32,000 nt of DNA from Cereibacter sphaeroides 2.4.1 (GTDB lineage Bacteria; Pseudomonadota; Alphaproteobacteria; Rhodobacterales; Rhodobacteraceae), in contig NC_007494.2 in assembly GCF_000012905.2 (NCBI RefSeq), forward strand, positions 570,001 through 602,000, given 5' to 3'. Below the pieces are notes generated by a model that saw only the letters and a program-made list of their open reading frames with translations, was not told where the DNA came from and did no database searches. Shown piece after piece: positions 16,786 through 24,548 of the stretch. Both the position numbers and the translations under genes were made by a program. Within the stretch, counting starts at the first letter, position 1. Every line of letters starts with the position of its first letter.

Positions 16786-17132
16786 TCTTCTTGCACCCGG
16801 CATCCTCCCGTGGCCGAGGGGATGGCGAGGCAAGACCTTCCCGGCGGATCGGTCGGGACGACCCGGATGAAAAAGCGCTGACGGTCGGGGGACTTGCCGG
16901 CGGAGCGCCAAGGGCCCGGGCCCGACCGGTGACGCAAGAGCTCTGACGGCGTGAACCCGCGACGGACGCGCCTCTTCGCGGATACCAGCAGGCAGGCGGA
17001 TCTGCGCCCGAGATGCAAGAAGGGCCGGAGGCGTCGCGCGCCGGAAGGATCGGCCGAGCGCGAGCGCTCTGCGCTATGCCCCGGGGTCGGGCTGCGTTAG
17101 GCTCGCCGTGAGAAAGAACAAGGAGCGCTCAC

Positions 17133-18455
17133 ATGCCGGAAGGCAAGATCGACACCGCCACCGCCCGCCGCAGCCTCGTGGTGCAGGGCTTCACCAACAG
17201 CGTCCTCGACCCGGCGGCCCCGATGCTCGGGCCGCTGGAGAACGGCGGCACCATCATCGCCAACACTGCGCCCGGCTGCTGGGGCCCGATGATCACCCCG
17301 CGGCTGCGCGGCGGGCACGAGGTCACGCAGCCGGTCCATGTCGAGGGCGCGGAGCCCGGCGATGCGGTGGTCATCCGCATCCGCGACATCACCGTGACCT
17401 CGGTGGCGACCGCGAGCGGCCACGACAGCTCGCCCGAGGGCTTCTGCCTCGGCGACCCCTACGTCGCCGCGCGCTGTCCGGTCTGCGACACGGTCTGGCC
17501 GGAGACCCATGTCGAGGGGATCGGCCCGGAGGCGGTGAAATGCGACGTCTGCGGCCATGCAGTGACGCCGTTCCAGATCGTCCACGGCTACACGGTCGTC
17601 TTCGACGAGACGCGGGCGGTGGGCGTGACCCTGCCCCCGGCCGCAGCCGAGACCATCGCCCGCGATGCCTCGCATTATGCCGCCCTGCCGGACCAATCGG
17701 CGCAGCATTCGATCCTGACCTTTGCCCCCTCGGACATGGCCGGCGTGATGGTGCGGATGCGGCCCTTCCTCGGCCAGCTCGGCACCTGCCCCTCGAAGGC
17801 CATGCCCGACAGCCACAATGCCGGCGACTTCGGGGCCTTCCTCGTCGGCGCGCCGCACGCCTATGCGATCACCGCCGAGGAACTGGCCGAGCACAAGACC
17901 GACGGCCACATGGACATCGACGCGGTGCGACCGGGGGCGATCCTTGTGGCACCGGTCAAGGTGCGCGGCGCGGGCGTCTACATGGGCGACATGCACGCGG
18001 CTCAGGGCGATGGCGAGATCGCCGGGCATACGATGGACGTGGCGGGCAGCGTGACGCTTCAGGTCGAGGTGCTGAAGGACTGGCCCATCGATGGGCCGGT
18101 GCTCTTTCCGCTGGCCGAAGACCTGCCGCCGCTCGCGCGGCCCTTCTCGGCGGCCGAGCGTGCCAAGGCCGAGCGGCTGGCGGCGCACTGGGGCGTGAGC
18201 GAGCTCGAGCCGTCGGCGCCGGTCTCGGTCATCGGCACTGCGGCCACGATGAACGCCGCCATCGAGAACGGGCTGAGCCGGGCGGCGACGCTCCTCGGCA
18301 TGACGGTTCCCGAGGTGCGCAACCGCGCCACCATCACCGGCGCGATCGAGATCGGCCGCGCACCGGGCGTGATCACGGTGACCCTGCTCGCGCCGATGTC
18401 GCGGCTCGATGCGGTGGGGCTCGGCGACTATGCGCGGGAGCAATACGGGCTCTAG
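17133..18455 (+). CDS. acetamidase/formamidase family amidohydrolase, 440 aa
   Basis: RBS AAGGAG. FmdA_AmdA-type blocks: GGTIIANTAPGCWGPMITP, VHVEGAEPGDAVVIRIRDI, GHMDIDAVRPGAILVAPVKVRGAGVYMGDMHAAQGDGEIAGHTMDVAGSVTLQVEVL. Contains an embedded CxxC-18 residues-CxxC element. Confidence 0.85.
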   Translation: MPEGKIDTATARRSLVVQGFTNSVLDPAAPMLGPLENGGTIIANTAPGCWGPMITPRLRGGHEVTQPVHVEGAEPGDAVVIRIRDITVTSVATASGHDSSPEGFCLGDPYVAARCPVCDTVWPETHVEGIGPEAVKCDVCGHAVTPFQIVHGYTVVFDETRAVGVTLPPAAAETIARDASHYAALPDQSAQHSILTFAPSDMAGVMVRMRPFLGQLGTCPSKAMPDSHNAGDFGAFLVGAPHAYAITAEELAEHKTDGHMDIDAVRPGAILVAPVKVRGAGVYMGDMHAAQGDGEIAGHTMDVAGSVTLQVEVLKDWPIDGPVLFPLAEDLPPLARPFSAAERAKAERLAAHWGVSELEPSAPVSVIGTAATMNAAIENGLSRAATLLGMTVPEVRNRATITGAIEIGRAPGVITVTLLAPMSRLDAVGLGDYAREQYGL

Positions 18456-18520
18456 GGGCCGTGCGTCAGGCCGTGTGGGGCTGGCCTCTCGCGGCGCCTC
18501 TGCAGAGATCCTGCACGGAT

Positions 18521-18548
18521 CCGGCAGGCCGGGGAGACGGCCTGCCGG
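18521..18548. terminator. GC hairpin between convergent genes, possible bidirectional terminator
   Basis: CCGGCAGGCC-GGGGAGAC-GGCCTGCCGG, a 10-bp stem. A second hairpin GGCACAC-AGGC-GTGTGCC lies at 18623-18640. Neither has a clean U-tract. Confidence 0.4.
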
Positions 18549-18663
18549 ATACCGGGAAGCGAGATCCGATGACGGCTGCACCGGCAACCGCCCCGGGCTG
18601 CGGCCAGAGAAAGCGCACGGGCGGCACACAGGCGTGTGCCTTCCGCGCGCCTCCCTGCCACCG

Positions 18664-19272
18664 TCAGAACAGGAAGTCGGACATGTCCAGCTGCGCGAGC
18701 TTCATGTTCTCGAGCACGACCTGCGTGTCCGCCGACAGGGTGAGGACCACGTTGCCGCCGACCTGACGCGCGTCGTCGATCACGGCCTGAACCTGCATCC
18801 GGGTGAAATCGTCGAGCTCCAGCCGGTCCTGGCCATTGGTGAAGTCGGTGATGCGGTCCCGGCCATCGCCGCGCTCGAATTCGAACACATCGCGGCCCGC
18901 CCCGCCCGTCAGCACGTCGTTGCCCGTCCCTCCGTCGAGCCGGTCGTTACCCGAGCCGCCATGGAGCCGGTCCGCGCCGGAGCCGCCCTCAAGCTCGTCG
19001 TTGCCCGCGCCGCCCCAGAGCCGGTCGTTGCCGGCATCGCCCTCCAGCTCATCGTCGCCGGCGCCGCCCGACAGGATGTCGTCCCCGCTGCCGCCTTCGA
19101 GATCGTCCCGTCCGGTCCCGCCCCACAGACGGTCGTTGCCGAAGCCGCCCTTCAGCTCGTCATTGCCGGCCCCGCCGTAGATCCGGTCATTTCCGCTGCC
19201 GCCATAGATGATGTCCCAGGCATCCGTGCCCTGCAGAATGTCGTTCCGGGCGGTTCCCTTGATGCGCGCCAT
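18664..19272 (-). CDS. small RTX-type (hemolysin-type calcium-binding repeat) protein, 202 aa
   Basis: ORF 18664..19335(-) trimmed to MARIKGTARNDIL, preceded by AAGAGGAGA. Twelve consecutive GGxGxDxLx nonapeptides, then a C-terminal ITDFTNGQDRLELDDF...LSADTQVVLENM...DFLF tail typical of this class. Confidence 0.85.
   Translation of the reverse strand: MARIKGTARNDILQGTDAWDIIYGGSGNDRIYGGAGNDELKGGFGNDRLWGGTGRDDLEGGSGDDILSGGAGDDELEGDAGNDRLWGGAGNDELEGGSGADRLHGGSGNDRLDGGTGNDVLTGGAGRDVFEFERGDGRDRITDFTNGQDRLELDDFTRMQVQAVIDDARQVGGNVVLTLSADTQVVLENMKLAQLDMSDFLF
18883..19206 (-). repeat. 12 tandem 27-nt units encoding RTX nonapeptide repeats
   Basis: YGGSGNDRI YGGAGNDEL KGGFGNDRL WGGTGRDDL EGGSGDDIL SGGAGDDEL EGDAGNDRL WGGAGNDEL EGGSGADRL HGGSGNDRL DGGTGNDVL TGGAGRDVF. 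Confidence 0.85.
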
Positions 19273-19405
19273 GCGGCGTCTCCTCTTGCTGTTGCCTGAA
19301 GGGTCCGGTCGAGGACCTCGACCCCGTCGTCGCACAACGTGGCTGACGGCACTCTGATCCCTGCCGTCAGCGCGATGTCAGGTTCGCTCCGCTAGACCGG
19401 CGGAC
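19273..19405. promoter_or_regulatory. divergent control region between the RTX gene and the PepSY/two-component operon, with two perfect inverted repeats
   Basis: GGTCGAGG-A-CCTCGACC (19307-19323). GCTGACGGCA-10 nt-TGCCGTCAGC (19342-19371). GTCAG direct repeat at 19366-19370 and 19377-19381 (11-nt spacing). Confidence 0.35.
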
Positions 19406-19759
19406 ATGCGCCTGCTTCTCCTCCCCTTTCTCCTTCTTCCCTCCGCCGCCGGCAGCCAGGACAGGGCTCTCGCGCCGCTTCCCGACCACGAGGCCGCGCG
19501 CCGCGGCGTGGAGCGGGGCGAGATGGTGCCGCTCGGCAGCCTGATGCCACGCATCGAACGCGAGTTCGGCCGCGTGCTCGAAGTGGAGCTGGAAGAGGCG
19601 GACGACGGCCGGATGGTCTACGAGTTCGAGATCCTGCGCTCGGACGGCCGGCTGATCGAGGTGGATGTCGATGTCGTCACGGGTCTTGTCGTCGAAGTGG
19701 AAGACGAGGAGGATGACGACGATGATGACGATGACGATGATGACGACGGGATGGAGTGA
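19406..19759 (+). CDS. exported PepSY-domain protein with a poly-aspartate C-terminal tail, 117 aa
   Basis: Signal peptide MRLLLLPFLLLPSAAG. PepSY-like core VLEVELEEADDGRMVYEFEILRSDGRLIEVDVDVVTG. Tail EVEDEE + D x12 + GME. Confidence 0.8.
   Translation: MRLLLLPFLLLPSAAGSQDRALAPLPDHEAARRGVERGEMVPLGSLMPRIEREFGRVLEVELEEADDGRMVYEFEILRSDGRLIEVDVDVVTGLVVEVEDEEDDDDDDDDDDDDGME
19712..19747 (+). repeat. (GAY)12 trinucleotide tract encoding 12 consecutive Asp
   Basis: gat gac gac gat gat gac gat gac gat gat gac gac, read in the frame of the PepSY gene. Confidence 0.9.
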
Positions 19760-20421
19760 TGCGCGCGCTGGTGGTCGAGGATGATGCGCGGATCGCGCAG
19801 GATCTGAGCGTCGCGCTCGGCTCGGCCGGCTTCAGGGTCGAGACGGCCGCAGACGGCGAGACCGCGTGGTTTCTGGGCGGGACAGAGGGCTACGATCTGA
19901 TCGTGCTCGACCTCGGCCTGCCGAAGCTCGATGGCCTCGCCGTGCTGAAGCGATGGCGGGCGGAAGGCGTGGAGATCCCGGTGCTGGTGCTGACGGCGCG
20001 GGGCACCTGGACCGAGCGCGTGGAAGGCATCGATGCGGGGGCCGACGACTATCTGCCCAAGCCCTTCCGGATCGAGGAACTGGTCGCCCGCGCCCGGGCG
20101 CTCGTGCGCCGCTCGACCGGCCGGGCCGCGCCCCTGCAGAGCGTGGGGCGGCTCGCGCTCGACATGAACCGCATGACCGCGACCCTCGACGGCCTGCCGC
20201 TCGGCCTCGCACCGCTGGAGTTCCGCCTGCTGGCCTATCTGATGCTGCACCGAGACAGGGTCGTGCCGCCGACCGAGCTTCTCGAACATCTTTACGGCGA
20301 CAACGATGCCCGCGAGGCGAATGCCCTCGAAGCGGTGGTGGCGCGACTGCGCCGCAAGGTCGGGCGCGGCGTCATAGGCACGCGGCGCGGCTTCGGCTAC
20401 CAGCTCGAAGCGGGCCCGTGA
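19759..20421 (+). CDS. OmpR/PhoB-family response regulator, 220 aa
   Basis: MRALVVEDDARIAQDL...LIVLDLGLPKLDG...DDYLPKPF, with a winged-helix C-terminus (LEFRLLAYLMLHRDRVV...GFGY). The ATG shares one base with the PepSY stop (TGATG). GTG at 19756 is an alternative start. Confidence 0.9.
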   Translation: MRALVVEDDARIAQDLSVALGSAGFRVETAADGETAWFLGGTEGYDLIVLDLGLPKLDGLAVLKRWRAEGVEIPVLVLTARGTWTERVEGIDAGADDYLPKPFRIEELVARARALVRRSTGRAAPLQSVGRLALDMNRMTATLDGLPLGLAPLEFRLLAYLMLHRDRVVPPTELLEHLYGDNDAREANALEAVVARLRRKVGRGVIGTRRGFGYQLEAGP

Positions 20422-21761
20422 AGCTCCGGTCGATCCGGCTCCGGCTCGTCGTCGTCAATGCTCTGGCGCTTGCCCTTGCACTTGCGGCGGCCGCCTGGGG
20501 GCTGGCCCTGCTGTTCGACCGCCACGCCGAGCGCGTGGCCCTGTCGGCCCTTGCGGCCCGCGCCGATGCCCTGACAAGCGCGCTCGAGCGCGATCCCGGC
20601 GGCACCCTGCGGTTTCTCGCGCCTTCGGGCGACCCGGCCTACCAGCAGCCGCTCTCGGGTCATTACTGGCAGGTCTCGTTCGACGGCAGGCTGCTGCGCT
20701 CGCGGTCGCTGTGGGATTACGTCCTTCCCCTGCCCGAGGACGCGCCCTCGCCCGCGCGCACGGGGCGACCGCTCACCCTGCCGGGGCCGCAGGGCGAGGC
20801 GTTGCTGGTCCTTGACCGGACGGTGCAGATCGGACCGGGCGCGGACGCGGCCCGGGTGCGGATCTCCGTGGCGCAGGATCGCGCCGAACTTTCCCGCGCG
20901 CAGCAGTCCTTCCTGCGCGAACTGGCCCCGTTCCTTGCGATGCTGGCGCTGGCGCTGGTCGCGGCCGGGGCGGTGCAGGTGACGCTGGGGCTCCGGCCGC
21001 TCGCGGCCATCGGCCAGCGGGTCGGCGCGCTCGCCGCGGGCCGGGAGCGGCGGATCGGGACCGACCTGCCGACGGAGGTCCTGCCGCTCGCGCGCGAGAT
21101 CGACACCCTCCTCGAGGCCCGCGAGCAGGAGCTGGAACGGGCGCGGAGCCGCGCGGGAGACCTCGCGCATGGGCTGAAGACGCCGCTTCAGGCGCTTCTC
21201 GGCGAGGCGATGCGGCTGCGCGCGCGGGGCGAAGAGGCGGCGGCGCGCGGCATCGAGGAGGTGGCCTCCGGCATCCAGCGCCATGTCGACCGCGAGCTCA
21301 TGCGCGCGCGGATCATGCGCGACCGCGCCGGAACCGCGTCCGATCCGGCGGAAGCCGCCCAGAGGCTGATCCGCGTCCTGCGCCGGACGGAGCGGGGGTC
21401 GGCCCTCACCTGGCAGCTCGAGGCCGAGGAACGGCTCCTCGTCCGGCTCGAGAGCGCGGATCTGACCGAGGCGCTGGGGCCGCTGATGGAGAATGCCGCC
21501 ACCCATGCCGCAGAGGCGGTGCGCGTGCGGATCGCCGCCGCGGGCACGTCGGTCGCGATCCATGTCTCCGACGACGGCCCCGGAACGCCGGACATCGAGG
21601 CGATCCGCGGGCGCGGCGTGCGCTTCGACACCCGCAGCGGCGGCCACGGCCTCGGGCTCGCCATTGCGGGCGACATCGTCGAGACGGCGGGCGGCGAGCT
21701 TCGCCTGCGCAACCTTTCGCCGGGGTTCGAGGCGACCCTGATCCTGCCGGCCGCCGCCTGA
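20418..21761 (+). CDS. sensor histidine kinase, 447 aa
   Basis: GTG start overlaps the regulator stop (GTGA). Two TM segments flank a periplasmic domain of about 140 aa (SGHYWQV...RSRSLWD). H-box DLAHGLKTPLQAL, N-box LMENAATHA, G-boxes DDGPG and GHGLGLAI. Confidence 0.88.
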   Translation: MKLRSIRLRLVVVNALALALALAAAAWGLALLFDRHAERVALSALAARADALTSALERDPGGTLRFLAPSGDPAYQQPLSGHYWQVSFDGRLLRSRSLWDYVLPLPEDAPSPARTGRPLTLPGPQGEALLVLDRTVQIGPGADAARVRISVAQDRAELSRAQQSFLRELAPFLAMLALALVAAGAVQVTLGLRPLAAIGQRVGALAAGRERRIGTDLPTEVLPLAREIDTLLEAREQELERARSRAGDLAHGLKTPLQALLGEAMRLRARGEEAAARGIEEVASGIQRHVDRELMRARIMRDRAGTASDPAEAAQRLIRVLRRTERGSALTWQLEAEERLLVRLESADLTEALGPLMENAATHAAEAVRVRIAAAGTSVAIHVSDDGPGTPDIEAIRGRGVRFDTRSGGHGLGLAIAGDIVETAGGELRLRNLSPGFEATLILPAAA

Positions 21762-22335
21762 CCCGCCGGTCGGCGCGCTTCGGCAGGGAGGGCAACGATC
21801 CGGCGGAGGCCGGAGGCCGGGAGATCGCCTGCCGCATCCTGCAGGACGAGGAGCGACCTCGCAGGACCCCGACCTCCCCGGCCCACACTGTCGTCTCGCC
21901 GCTTCGTCACCCGCGTCAGCCGGGCAAGCTGCGCAGGTCGGGGCAGTCCCCGCCCCGGATGTGCCGGACGCGCGGCTTTCACAGCTCCGGGTTGCGTGCC
22001 GCGCGAAAATCCTGTCAAACCGGAAGCGCTGGAGCGCCCGGTCCGTGGGCCGGAGCCCGTCGACCCCCCAACGGAGGAGGCGGATGCGGCAGCCGTGCTC
22101 CCCCACAATGCCGAAGGAGGCCGCAGGAGATGACATCCGTGAGCAGCCGCTCTCCGCAGGAGGTCGTGCAGGTGGCCCGTGCGCCGCTGACGGATCCGAA
22201 GGCCCGTAGCGGGATCGGGCAGGGGAATGCGGCTCGGGGCCCGGTCCCTTCGGCGATCCCGATGGCCGAACAAAATCGGCGCGGGGCGATTGTCCGCCCC
22301 GGCGGGGCGCCCGCCGCCCTCCGTGCGTCGAGGCC

Positions 22336-23316
22336 ATGATGCAGGACTGCGAGAAACTTCTCGACGAGCCCGGACGGCTGGCCGCCGTCCGGCGCTATGC
22401 CGTGCTCGATACGGCGCCGGAAGAGCCGTTCGACAAGCTCACTCGGCTGGTCTGCAACGTGCTCGAGGTGCCGTATGCGGCGGTGACCCTCATCGACGCG
22501 GACCGCCAGTGGTTCAAGTCTCTTGTCGGTCTGAGCGGGTCCGAGGGCCCGCGCCACGAGTCCTTCTGCACCCACACGATCAAGACGCGCGACCCGATGA
22601 TCGTCCCCGACGCCACGCTCGATCCGAGGTTCCGGGACAGTCCGCTGGTCACGGGGGCGGCCGGCATCCGCAGCTACCTCGGCGTTCCGCTCGAAACACC
22701 GGACGGCTACAATCTCGGGGCGCTCTGCGCCGTCGATACCGCCCCCCGGACCTTCAGCACCTCCCAGATCGAGATCATGAAGAGCTTCGCCTCGCTGGTT
22801 CTCGACGAGCTGGAACTCCGGCAGATCGCGCTCAGCGACGCGCTGACCGGCGCCATGACGCGCCGCGGCTGGCTTGCCGCGGTCGAGAAGGAGATGGCGC
22901 GCGGCGCGCGTCAGGGGACGCAGGCGGCCATCGTCCTCTTCGACGTCGATCACTTCAAGGCGATCAACGACACCCATGGACATGCGGTGGGCGATGCCGT
23001 GCTGCAGGCCCTGACGCGGCGCTGCCTGCTGCATCTGGGCCCGGCCGATGCACTGGGACGGATCGGGGGAGAGGAGTTCGCGGTGCTGGTGCCGGACGCG
23101 GGCCTGCCCGAGGCGATGGAACTGGCAGAGCGCCTGCGCCGCAGCTTCTCCGACGCGCCGATCGAGGTGGCGGGCCAGGCGCTCCGGGTCACCGCCAGCT
23201 TCGGGGTGCAGGGCCTCGATGGCGACACGGGCAACGCCGGAAGCTGGCTGGCTGCCGCGGACCGGCGGCTCTACGAGGCGAAGGCGGCCGGCCGCAACCG
23301 CTGCCACGGCGGCTGA
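22336..23316 (+). CDS. GAF-GGDEF diguanylate cyclase, 326 aa
   Basis: N-terminal GAF-type LLDEPGRLAAVRRYAVLDTAPEEPFDKLTRL...DADRQWFKS...SFCTHTI. GGDEF domain with an intact GGEEF. The RxxD inhibitory-site position reads GPAD, so the canonical I-site Arg is absent. Confidence 0.9.
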   Translation: MMQDCEKLLDEPGRLAAVRRYAVLDTAPEEPFDKLTRLVCNVLEVPYAAVTLIDADRQWFKSLVGLSGSEGPRHESFCTHTIKTRDPMIVPDATLDPRFRDSPLVTGAAGIRSYLGVPLETPDGYNLGALCAVDTAPRTFSTSQIEIMKSFASLVLDELELRQIALSDALTGAMTRRGWLAAVEKEMARGARQGTQAAIVLFDVDHFKAINDTHGHAVGDAVLQALTRRCLLHLGPADALGRIGGEEFAVLVPDAGLPEAMELAERLRRSFSDAPIEVAGQALRVTASFGVQGLDGDTGNAGSWLAAADRRLYEAKAAGRNRCHGG

Positions 23317-23409
23317 CCGGCCGCGGCCGCGCCTTCTGCGGACCACGGCGAAGGGGTGGCAAAGGCCCCTCGGACCGGTTGCCCGCGGCCCTCGCGAGCG
23401 TGAGGACAG

Positions 23410-24414
23410 TCATGAGCCCGCGTCGGGACCGTGGCTGCGCGCGCGGCGGTGGGCGCTCGGCGTCTCGTGAAAGGCACGGCGGAACTCGCGCGAGAAATGG
23501 GCCGCATCGGAGAAGCCTGCGATATGGGCGATCTCGGTGACGGGCAGCGTGCCGGCCGAGAGCAGGTAGCGCCCGTAATTCAGCCGCATCTGGCGGAAGG
23601 CCGCGTTCGGCGTCTGCCCCAGCGCCTGAAGGAAGATCCGCTCGAGCTGGCGGACCGAGACGCCGCAATAGCGCGCGATGGCGCCGACCGAGGGCGGATG
23701 GTCGAGCTGCTGCTCCATGAAATGCAGCGCGCGGCGCAGGCGCGGGTGGCTGTCGCCCGGAGGGAGCTGATAGAAATGGGCCTGCGGCATGGTGGCGGGG
23801 CGCATCTGCGAGAGCATCATGTGCCGCATCACCTGCTGCGCCCGGTCCTGTCCGCAGTGGCGCATGACGAGATAGAGCGCGAGGTCGATGGCCGCGGTCG
23901 AGCCCGCGCAGGTGATGACGTCGCCCTCGTCGATGAAGATCCGGTCCACCGAGATCTGGGCGCGCGGGAAGAGCGCCTTGAAGGGCTCGGCCACGTTCCA
24001 GTGGATGCAGAAGCGCCGGTCGCCGATCAGCCCCGCACGGGCGATGGCGAAACTGCCGGTGCAGATGCCGAGGAGCCCCACCCGCGCGCGGTGGGCGCGC
24101 TGGATGAGCTGGGCCAGCTGCGGCGCGGGCGCGGCGTCGGCGAAGGAATTGCCGCCGCAGATGGCGATATAGTCATAGTCCTCGGGAACGGGCAGCCCGT
24201 CCTCGGTGGCCACGCGCAGCCCGCAGCTGGCCATGACCGGGCTGCGGTGCTGGGCGAAGACCTTCCAGGCGACGCGGATCTGTCGGCTTTTTGCAGCATC
24301 GTCGGCTGCCAGCCGCAGCGCATCGATGAAGCCGGAGAAAGCGGCAATCGTGAACTTATCCTGCAATATCAGGGCGATGGAAAGCTCATGACGCCGTGCG
24401 GCAGCGGGTTTCAT
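23410..24414 (-). CDS. GlxA-family transcriptional regulator (DJ-1/PfpI-like domain + AraC HTH), 334 aa
   Basis: Trimmed to MKPAAARRHELSIALILQDKFT (ATG complement 24412-24414). LGICTGSFAIARAGL marks the amidotransferase-like domain. The C-terminus has AraC-type helices (IARYCGVSVRQLERIF..., IAGFSDAAHFSREFRRAF). Confidence 0.85.
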   Translation of the reverse strand: MKPAAARRHELSIALILQDKFTIAAFSGFIDALRLAADDAAKSRQIRVAWKVFAQHRSPVMASCGLRVATEDGLPVPEDYDYIAICGGNSFADAAPAPQLAQLIQRAHRARVGLLGICTGSFAIARAGLIGDRRFCIHWNVAEPFKALFPRAQISVDRIFIDEGDVITCAGSTAAIDLALYLVMRHCGQDRAQQVMRHMMLSQMRPATMPQAHFYQLPPGDSHPRLRRALHFMEQQLDHPPSVGAIARYCGVSVRQLERIFLQALGQTPNAAFRQMRLNYGRYLLSAGTLPVTEIAHIAGFSDAAHFSREFRRAFHETPSAHRRARSHGPDAGS

Positions 24415-24548
24415 CGCGAGAGGCTCCGGTCGGGCATGTCGATAATGTTCAATCATGTGGCCGATGCATTCAATGGGATATGTCACATCGCTGCTAGGCT
24501 TCCTCCCAATCAAGAAGACTGCGCATCCACAGACAGGGAGTTCAAAAC
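24415..24548. promoter_or_regulatory. divergent regulator / ABC operon control region
   Basis: Locally AT-richer. TTCAAT occurs at 24448-24453 and 24469-24474 (21-nt spacing). RBS AGGGAG precedes the 24549 ATG. Confidence 0.35.

Noticed and set aside
16854-16865. The hairpin CGGG-ACGA-CCCG resembles one stem-loop of a guanidine-II (mini-ykkC) riboswitch
   Set aside because: I found no second ACGR-loop hairpin at a suitable distance. The element is about 270 nt from the next start codon, and the downstream gene is not a typical guanidine-responsive gene. Most likely chance in GC-rich DNA.
18409-19299. A 296-aa plus-strand ORF with its own internal periodicity (VVA..AA..P..)
   Set aside because: The periodicity is simply the antisense reading of the RTX nonapeptide repeats. 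The minus-strand frame gives canonical GGxGxD repeats and has a strong RBS.
19756-19758. GTG at 19756 as the response-regulator start
   Set aside because: The adjacent ATG at 19759 gives the canonical MRALVVEDD N-terminus. The difference is one codon and cannot be settled from sequence.
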